Source: Basidioascus undulatus
Lineage: Eukaryota
Reading direction: 5' to 3'
DNA: 34,828 bases
NCBI GenBank assembly: GCA_000826855.1
Contig: JTLS01000071.1
Span: 1-34,828 of the forward strand
The translations under genes and the position numbers were made by a program. Positions 12,316 through 21,433 of the stretch are shown piece by piece; the first letter of the stretch is position 1; the number at the start of each line of letters is the position of its first letter. The notes under the pieces were generated by a model. That model saw nothing but the letters and a program-made list of their open reading frames with translations. It made no database searches and was not told where the DNA came from.

Positions 12316-13678
12316 TCAGCCGAACATCGAGTCCCTCTGCCGCACCAGATAGTCATCAGCAAGCTGCAAAGCCACGGGATTGTCGCGAAGTCGGAGGAGG
12401 TCAGGGACGTACCACACCGGGCGGCAGCATCTCATCGAAGTCCGGGTCTCCTGTGCCCGGGAATCCCCCGCCTCCACCGCCGCGCCTGGGCGTGCCTCCT
12501 CCCCTGCCCGGTCCGAACGGGCTCGACACGCCCACTCCCGCGCCAGGCCCGAACGTGGGACCGACGGGGTCAAACCTCGCTCCGGGAGGCACGTTGAAGC
12601 CTCCTTGGCCCTGCGGCCCGCCCCCAGCGGGCTGCCCGAAGTGCGGCGAGGCGAAGAAGGATCGGTCGGGGTGCATACCCCCACCCATGCCTGGTTGGCC
12701 GCCAAATAGCGGAGGCGGAGCGAAGGACGGGTTCCCGCCCCCGCCGAAGGGGCGCGCGAAGGCGGGGCTTCCTCCGCCCAGAGGATCGAGATCTTGAGAG
12801 CCGATCGAAAGGGGGTGGCTGTGGAAATGGAGAAGGCAGGTGTGAGACGGACGAAGGGGGAGATGAAGGAATGGATAAGCGAGGAAGACGTACGCCGGAG
12901 GCGGGACGGCGCCGTACTGGCCGCGGTTGGTGGGATCTTCGAGGGAAGATGGAGTCTGTGCAAGAGGGTCCGAAGGCTGCGGGCGTGCACGCTCGTCCGC
13001 GCTGGGCAGAGCGGCGGCGGGATCGTCAAGCCTGCCGCGCTCTGACGCGGCCGCCAGGTCCTTCGCCTCACTTCGGTCGCAGACCAAGATCAGGCACATG
13101 CAGACGAGAAGAATTGAGGGAAGAACAGCACAAAACTCACATGGCAGCCTCGTCCAGCGGCGCAAGGCCCAAGACCCCGCTAAGCTCGTCGACGAGCTGC
13201 CCAGCCTTAGACTCTGCGGACGGGAAGTCGACGACGTCGGCGAGCTTCTCGGTGGAGACGAACGCCCTTTGAAGGTTGTCGGGAGAGAGCGGGAATGCGG
13301 TAGTGTCGAAGTACCTCTCAACTGATATCGTCTTGATTTTCACCGCCAGATCCTGTATCTCCCACCTTCACCTTCAGCATCCCCAATCCATCTCTACATC
13401 CGCCGTACCTCGCCACGCACCTCTTCATCCTTCCTCCCAGACAGAACCACCGCCCTCGCCCGTCCCAGCTTCACAACGCGCACCTCAGCCCCCTGTTCTT
13501 CGGTTGTAGGAAGCACATAGACGTCCGGCGCCTTGTCGTTCCATCCGCTCGGGAGCGGCACGTTCGGGCTGAGCAAGATGTGCACGATAGCGGCGAGTAG
13601 GTCGAACGGCGTGCGCAGCTCGCCCGGGTGAGCAGACTGGATGGCGCTGAAAAGTTGAGAGCCACGCTGTGGGAGCAT
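12316..13678 (-). CDS. PSMF1: PI31 proteasome regulator (PSMF1/Fub1-like), 5 coding exons
   Basis: ccaccATG at 13678. N-terminal FP-like domain LLAAIVHILL..LPSGWN. Pro/Gly-rich C-terminal region with PI31 motifs IGSQDLDPLG, GGGMHP, VPPGARFDPVGP and GDPDFDEMLPPG. Splicing intron 12337-12412 gives the tail RDSMFG*. Confidence 0.88.
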
Positions 13679-13932
13679 GGTGGATCGGGGAATACTTGAA
13701 GGAAGATGGTGGCGAAGAGAAGGAGCCGGAGGCAGCGAACCTGCGGATAGCAGCGCGTGGGCGAGATTGCGTCAGTGCGTGCAGGCGGACTCAGAGTGAG
13801 CCGCAAACTTCGTTTGCGACTGCTGATAATTGCACGTTGAACGGTTTATTGGTGCTATTTGAGTTTAAAAGATAACAAAGAGTAGAATGGGAAGGAGCAG
13901 GTCGAATTGTCAGCCTGACTGTTTGGCAACGA

Positions 13933-14911
13933 ATGGCTCATCATGACAGCTTGCCGCACACTGGCACTACTGTAACGTCGACTTCTATGAGTAGACATGG
14001 AATCGAAAATTCAAAGAGTATGGTTCGGTTCATATATTCCTTGAAAGGATTCCGAGATACCAGCCAAGGACGCCCAACAGTCGCCCAAGGCAGGCAGTGG
14101 CGTGACGGCTTCCCAATACTAGTGCACGTCAGACTTCAGCCTAAGTGCCCCGGGTTGTTGACCTCAAGTCAATGGAAATTTCCTTGCTCTACATGAGAGA
14201 CTTGAGAGTTGAGTACTTCTTATACTATATTGACCCTCTCCGGTCGGCCTCCTGCCGCAGAACTGATGAATCCATGCATGTTGGCTTCAGAAATGGCCTG
14301 TTTCGGCTCCACCATCGTACCCTCGAGGTTCTGGAATTCTCCCGCCTTCTTACGATTGGCGACTTTGCCAGGCCAATCTACAGTCATTGTGTCGCTCGGA
14401 CTTTCCGAAGCTGAAGGCCATCATGCTCGGCGACAAAGACTTCAATTCACTCTTTCTGTTCCACGATGACCCCAATAAGACATTTTATAACCAGATGGCT
14501 CCCATTGTGGCCAGCAACTTGGGCGCTGCGCTACGTAACATGCATGGGCAGGTATGGGCAGAGGGCGTGCAAAGAATTTGTGAAGTGCTGCACTTGCGTT
14601 TGATAACGTGGCCTTTCAGTTTGCCGCTACCTTCTTTGGTGCCCCAACCCTTGTTGCTAATGTACTTCGAGGTAACTACAGCACATGCTGGAACGCTACC
14701 CATTCGATGCGGTTTCGGTCACATCGTGCATGCAAGTAATTTTGCTTTGCTGTGCAGTCACGTTCAGGCCCAGTTTGCACTTATTCCCTCAAGATCCCTG
14801 TTGAATTTGAGGACAAGCTGTATGGTTGTCAACATGCAAGTTGCAGAGCATCTGTCTGCAGTGTCTGACGTTGCGGCCCTGATATTTGTCATACGTAGCA
14901 GTGTTCCATGA
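13933..14911 (+). pseudogene. Possible decayed ORF (LRR/F-box-like relic), unassigned
   Basis: Overlapping + ORFs 13933-14196, 14145-14414 and 14387-14911 chain by frameshifts into protein-like text (HHRTLEVLEFSRL../LCRSDFPKLKAIMLG) in a lower-GC stretch. No firm family motif. Confidence 0.22.
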
Positions 14912-15043
14912 AGGGAAACGACATGATCTTAGATCCTATCATTTATACGAACGCACGCTGTATTGCACACGGCGCCAAACCGTCGCAAACCCAGTGAATT
15001 GATCGGGTCATTGTCCGTATTGTCATTCTGCTATCAGGCAATT

Positions 15044-16861
15044 TCAAATGTGAGAGCCACCGGTCGTCTCAAGCCTGTTGGGTGCAACAAAAGCGTTAGC
15101 GCCTTGTACGACCGCGATGCGTCGTATCGCGAACTTACGTCTGGCCAGAGACGTAAGCGGCGAGCGGGGAAGACAGGCTGCAGATGAAAAGATTCCATCA
15201 GTAACTTGCCTTTCTGATTGAGTACTGTGAGCTAAATGACTCACAAGAGCATCGCCGACGCAGCCTCGTCGGGAAGACCGGGGCGGCCGAGCGGAACACC
15301 GGGCTGAGAAGAAAAGTGTCAGTGTCCCTTCGCAGCTATGGGGAACGGATAGGCTCAACGTACAACGGGGCCGTTCGCTGTACGGGCTCCAGCGTTGGGA
15401 ATACCGAGAGCGATCTTCTGGCCATCCACGACAATGTGCTATGAGGAGATCGCGTAAGAAGTCAGTCGGAAAATATCGCTGACGAGCTGCTAATGACTCA
15501 CCGCGCCGTCCTCCTTCGCCGCAGTCAGGCGGGTCTGGATGAATCCGAAAGCACTGCCGAAAGCAAGGCTTTGGTCAGTAGCCGTGTACGGGCAGGGGGC
15601 AGGCTGAAAACATACACGGTGTTGACGCGGACGCCGAAGGGACCCCACTCCTTCGCGAGGGTCTTGCCCATGCCCTGATCGAACGGGGATTGGTCAGATT
15701 CACTTCCGAGTATACAAAACGGTAAAACTTACGACAACGGCAGACTTGGCAGCGCTGTAGTTAAGCTATAAGGACGTGCGATCGTTAACCTGTGCATGCT
15801 TTAAAGGCTCATCGAAGGCGATGCATACCTGACCAACATTGCCTGCAAGGTCAAGCTATCCATGAGCAACAAAAGAAAATAAAAGTAATCACTCATTAGC
15901 TTACCGTGAGTGCCGGAGGTGGAGGAAACGAGAACGATGGTGCGGTTGGGGTTGGCCTTTGCAGCCTCACCTTTGAGACGGAGGTAGGGGGCAGACTGTT
16001 AATGGACAAACTTCAGTTCTTCCATTTCGTACGCCTGAAAATGGGCTGAAAGCCCTACTTCGCGGATCAGGCGGAACGGCGCCGAGACGTGGACCTTGTA
16101 CATCCTGAAGGCAGGCGGCTCAGTCGTCCGCCTGTGGATCCGTCGGTGTTGCTCAGGACGTACAGGTCAAAGGTCTGGTCCGACATGCCGTGCAGCATCT
16201 TGTCGGAAGTGAAGCCGGCGTTGAGGACAAGGCTGTTGGCATCTGATCAGCTATTGGTCTGTAGCGCCCGAACCTGAGATACGCGTACTGGTTGATCTTG
16301 CCGAACGCCCTACAGTCCCGCATGTCCAGTGAGCCCCAATGCAGCCAATCCCATAATCTGAGAGAGATATGTCTCAACTCACTTTACAGTCGCCTCGACA
16401 ACGCGCTTGGGGTAGTCCGCAGCCGTAACATCGCCGGCAACCGCGATCGCCTCCCCGCCAGCCGCCTTGATCTCCTCCACGACTGCCTTGGCCTTCTCTG
16501 TAGGGCAAACAAATCCGCGGTCAATGTTTCAATTCAAAGGCTTTGGACTTAGGGAAAGGCGAACCTCCGTCCAGACTGCAGCACACAGATCTCAGTCTTG
16601 TCGTAGTAGAAGCAAAAGCGAAGACACAACTTACTCCGAAACGACCACCTTTGCGCCCTCCCGGGCGTACAGGAGCGCGGCAGAGCGACCGATACCCTGT
16701 CCAGAGCCAGTGATGACAGCCACCTCGTCACGGAGAACTAAGATCCAGTAACCGATTGATCAGAGTTGACTGAGTCGAGTGGGCCAAGACGAAGACGTAC
16801 GGCCGCGAGGGTGGTTGCCCGAGACGTGTCCGGAGACTTGAGCGAGACGGGAGGAAGCCAT
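15044..16861 (-). CDS. Short-chain dehydrogenase/reductase (3-oxoacyl-reductase-like), probably peroxisomal; 15 introns
   Basis: The spliced product has the Rossmann motif VAVITGSGQGIG, LVLNAG, catalytic Ser region VSSTSG, YxxxK (NYSAAK), LAKEWGPFGVRVNTVAFG and PLGRPG..DEAA. It ends YVSGQTLETTGGSHI*. N-terminus MASSRLAQVSGHV. ATG at 16861, stop at 15044. Confidence 0.9.
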
Positions 16862-17483
16862 TGTTATTCTAAGAGTGTGTGAGTTTGGGAAAGGTGCGCA
16901 AGAGGGCGTCGAAGAGGAGAGGAAGTGGTACGAGTGGAAGACCGGCCCCTTCAAGGCGCCCGGCAACCCCGGCTATGACGAACCGGAAGCACTTGGCCGA
17001 TCTGCCTTCTCCCCGCACTCTGCCTCTTCTTTCATGGCCTTCAATCTCGCAGGTTTCAGAAGCCGGGCACTGTGTACCGTGCCAACGTGCTGAAAGGAAA
17101 GGCCGGACCAAGCCGAACTCAGTAAGATGAAATCCACTCGCCTCCTTAAGACTCGGTGTAGGTAACGCTCTGGCCGACGGTGCTGCTGGAGGCAGCATCC
17201 CGACCCAACAGTTCGGCATTGAGCGAAAGAAATTTCAGTAGGTTCGAAGTCCTTAGGCACAGTACGCAGAGAATGGTCCAAATGCTTCTTACGCCGGGCA
17301 GTACTACATACCATTCGAGAAGACTCATGGTCTGGTTATATACCCACCCCTTCCTGCCTGCAAGTGGATAGTCAGTCGCCCTTGCGTCCCGTTTACAAGC
17401 CCGAATAATCAACTGTGTAGATTAGATAGCATAAATGTCGAACAGAAGTACTTCATCCCAATGTCGAGTCAAGAGAATTGTAT

Positions 17484-20464
17484 TCAGGAGAATCTACCAC
17501 TCGCGTCAACCTGCCGCAAGTCCCGATCAAGCTCGTCCGCCATGTAAACTGCAGAAGGATCGATGCAAAGTCAGGGATTTCTGCTACGACGTCTAAAGCA
17601 AGATAAAAGGACCACTACTCACGAGCGCTCGGCCAAGTCGCACCGCTCCTCCTCATCGCGTGGACCAGCAGCTGCACGGACGCACGCAACTTCCCCACCG
17701 CGTCCCAATCGCCCCGCCCGAGAACGCGCATCATCTCCATCAAAATGACATCCCCTGCCTTCTTCCAACAAAAGGGAGTGAAGCTGCACTGCAGGCCGAT
17801 GTTGAACTCCGGCGACGCCAGCTGAGCCGCGATCTGAACAAGTTGCGGCGTCGCTTCGCCGCAAGCGGCAGCCGAGTCATCCCGCGCGTCGACATACTGG
17901 GAATGGAGAAAGATTTTAGAGCAACATGAACCAGTGATAAGATGTGAGCATTGTGCCAGCTAAGGCTGATGGCTGAGGGTGGAAGCGGGATACTTGGCCT
18001 GTAAGCGGTGATTCGGGCGTCAGTCCGCATGACTGTCGAAAAGGGCCATCCTCGTTCCGGCACCGGGGGACAAGTCAGCTCGTAAGGAAGGTTGAGGAGA
18101 AATCCGTCGATTATATCGTCGAGCTCCGTAAAGGCCATGCTGGGCCGCGGGCCTCGGACTTCGTCGTCCTCGTCGAAGGGGTCATGAAAGCGAGAAGCCA
18201 TAGAGGCGAGAGCTATGGCGGCTCTTCGGTAAGGAGAAGCAACGGAGGGGAGATAGAAGGAGCAAACTTAGGAAAGTATAACGCACATACAGCCTTCATG
18301 AGAAAAGTATGCGGGTCGCATGGAGTAGGATGACGACGGAAGACGTCGGGGTCGTGCAGAGACTGTGCGTGCCAATGCTGGGTTTGGGCGAAGTCGAGCT
18401 GTGCCTCGAGTCAGCTGTGTAAAGGCCATTTAAACTGATGTGAGAATTTACAGACAATCCGGGAACGCAAAACGGAGTTCGCATCGATTGCGCTTGGGCA
18501 CGACCACACGACGGATCCTGCTCGGTCAACACAGAACAGGCCCCAGAAAGCTGAGACAGCGTGCGCCTGGTCCTGCGGACACTTCGGGATGTCCATCATT
18601 GCACGCGCAACCCCGGCTGTAGGCTAATATCAGAGGCGGCTGCTGTGAGGCACTCCGGGCCAGGGGCGGCGGAAGCGCGAGCCGTCTGAAGCTTCGACGC
18701 GCTGAAGCGATGCTATAGGCCCACTTGCATCAACATGTCAAGGAAGAAGACAGGAAGATTTTTGGGGAAGTAAAAGGCAATGAACGCACAAGACCCAGGC
18801 TGAGAGTCACGCGACTTCCTTCGAGCGGTTCTTCAGTCAGGAACGGATGATTTTTGCATCACAAGAACAGACACTTACCGGCGCCGTTGAAGGCCCATGC
18901 GGAGACGTTGTCGAGTCGTCCATGATATGTAATCTGTATGCGTTACGTTAGCATACAAACCAAGGACACTGTAGTATCGATGGCTCACACTCAGCAGGTA
19001 AGCCACCTGAACGATGTTCACCAAGTGAAACGGCTGTCCCTTGTCGATCGCCGCAGAAAAATGAGCAAGCGCTTGGTCTAGAAAAGTCTGTTCCAGCGAC
19101 CGAATACAAGGATTCGGGCTCAAGCGAGCAGACATCGAGGGCTATTGTAAAGAGCAGGCCCGCATGCGGGCGTTTGTGGTCAGAGGGCGCGAAACCTAGC
19201 GAGGCGTAGAAGGTTGTCGGATGGAGAGCCGCAGAGTGAACGAATTGAGTGAAGAAAATGTCGCAGCTGAAAGGAGACCACAGCGTCGTCTTCCGTCAGA
19301 TTTCATTCAACAAACTGTGACGGTCAGTGCCCAGTACGCACAGGTGCGTCATCATGTCGCGCCAAGGACTCCAGATCGGCGCGATGGACTACTCCAGATA
19401 CCATCTCGGAGGCTATGGCATCCTTCTACAGACTCCTTGGGTTTTGAAAATCACAGCCAATCCGAATAAGATAAGATAGTAGCGAGGTTCCCAACGCCTG
19501 CAGGGATACAGAAGTGCTTGATTTCGGCCAGCGCTACCTCGAGGACAGCCGCCCTACTATACGGGACGATTGCATCAGGCTCTAGTTGTCCAGGTCTACC
19601 GATTGACGCGTCCCGTCCTTAGCGATGTACTGGTAGCACATGGTTCCCTCCACGCGAAGGACCTTCGAGACCTGCGAGATGTTCAAGTTGCCCCTACGCG
19701 CCACATGTTTGGAATTTCATCAGTGATAACTCCGAGCTCGCCGGCTCCAGGTGTGCCCGGACGAAGGGGCGAGGGAAGCAGGCGATTCGGTTAAGGTGGA
19801 CGCTTGGACGGGACAGGCGGAACGTGAATGGCAGCCGAGGCCGTAAAGGAAGGAGATATCCTTGTTCCACGGTGGTGTCAGCAATGTTGTCCGGATGTGC
19901 ATGGCACCATGACGAAGCCACATACTCAATTGGCTACCAACTCGATTGCGTCCCGGTAGGACGGCAGGGGTGTTGACTCAGAGAAGGACGAGCTTGCCGA
20001 GGAGATCTTGAGTTGCTCGAGTTCAGCCTCTAGTTCGGCTAGCGAGAAGACTCCCAATGATAACTTGTCGAAATCGTAGGCAAGGCTTTGTGAATGAGAG
20101 GTGTACCAACTTTGCGCTCTAAGAACCTCCTCTTACTTCCCTCGCTGCGGCCATAGAAACAAACGCGCCCCAGAGACGTGCAAGTCCCGCAGACAGGTTT
20201 CGTCCCGTCACATTTCTGTCGATTCCTCGTGAATGAGGAGTCCCCATACTTCGTTTGACGCAGAAGAGAGAAAACTGCCCTACCACTTTGAAGTATCTGC
20301 AGGTTTGGCAAGCTGCGCCATGCTGGCGCGGGCAAGAGAAACGGTTAGTCTCGGTCAATCCGGCGCCGCAAATGTTTGAACCGACCTGACCGCACCTTCA
20401 CACTAGTTGAAGGTGAGCTTGACGCGCTGGACAACGATCTGCGCGAAGCGGGACCGTTCGACAT
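17484..20464 (-). pseudogene. Zn(II)2Cys6 fungal transcription factor with fungal-specific middle region, apparently disrupted
   Basis: The spliced N-terminus has an intact cluster CQTCRYFKVKCDGTKPVCGTCTSLGRVC followed by heptad LERKVAELEAELEQLK, then TGA at 19926-19928. Downstream family-like segments (RPHAGLLFTIA/MSARLSPNPCIRSLEQTFLDQA, IVQVAYLLS, FWGLFCVDRAGS, IFLHSQ..PFCWKKAGDVIL) join only through frameshifts near 19137, about 18600-18640 and about 17915. The last exon ends SGRFS* at 17484. Confidence 0.72.
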
Positions 20465-20509
20465 GTTAAGCGATAGAAGATGTCGGAAGGCAAGCAGAAT
20501 CTAGACCGC

Positions 20510-20596
20510 TCAGGGTGGGCTATCGCCGATGTCCGCATCGGGGTTCAGCGTCTGGGCGGGGTGCTTGAAGGGTTCGAAAATGCCGCGATGAAACAT
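20510..20596 (-). other. Short upstream ORF (28 aa) ending 45 nt before the Zn2Cys6 ATG
   Basis: ATG 20596 to TGA 20510 reads MFHRGIFEPFKHPAQTLNPDADIGDSPP*. Whether it lies inside the transcript is unknown. Confidence 0.25.
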
Positions 20597-21433
20597 GCTT
20601 GTCCTCCAATAGGCTGCTGACTACCTTCCATACGTGCCTAACACAACATCAATACTTTCTGTCGCCCCTCCTGCCTGAGCCAAGCAGAAGTTTTTCGAAG
20701 AATGGCTGGTCTGGGTTGGCTCAAAAGGCCGTAAGGGCAGCAGCGACCGACTGCGACTGGCTGCATATAACTAGGTAGCACAGCCGCCGCCGGTGTGAAC
20801 ACAGCGGCTTGTGACAGAGGCCACTTTCACTTTCGGTCTTATCTTTCTTTGCTTCTTTCACCCCATCGCCCATCGCCCTTTGGAAGGGAAGAATTCAAAC
20901 ATCGACCGCGGAAGGGTTTCTTGTGGAAAGGATAAGGGCGTAGGTAGCGGACAGAACATCCACAACAGCTGCGGGCTGTCAGTGTGTGCGCCGTGGCCGG
21001 GCCATAGTCCCAGCACTCAGTCGTATAGGCGATAAGATTGCTGCGAACCAGTCTGTAGCACCCGCCCAAACTATTACATTGTCGATTCTTCTGTATTTCA
21101 GATGGGACATCACCCCCACAAAGCTAGATCAGCAGCAACGGTTTGCAACGTCAATCCCTGACCATCCCCTTCGCGTCCACGACGCTACAAAGCCGATGCT
21201 CGGGAGCGCAGACGTCAGGATTAGGGCCATGTATGTGAAAGAAGAAGAAAACGAAAGATGCGAGTGCGAGAGGAGGATATATCAAGAATTGAGAAAAACA
21301 TGCTGGGTAAAACGGTTGCGGGGATATCTACGATGAACCACAAGCGAAGACCGGAAGAGGGAAGGCCGCAAAAGATATGTAGTGTTATGCAAGAGAGAAT
21401 TGAGTGCAAATGAGCGTGCTGTTTTGAGTGAGT

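Noticed and set aside
11838..12797. 319-aa Pro/Gly-rich + ORF
   Set aside because: Antisense shadow of the Gly/Pro-rich PI31 exon and its 3' UTR.
13741..13830. Possible 5' UTR intron of PI31 (CTGAC branch, CCGCAG acceptor on the minus strand)
   Set aside because: No convincing donor site could be identified.
16930..17120. CGG/CCG triplets and a SYGGRG (CreA/Mig1-type) site upstream of the SDR
   Set aside because: Short GC-rich motifs are expected by chance in this composition.
19791..19928. Rescue of the transcription factor stops by readthrough, selenocysteine or A-to-I editing
   Set aside because: No TGA-CTA context or SECIS is evident, and the downstream frameshifts would not be repaired by such mechanisms.
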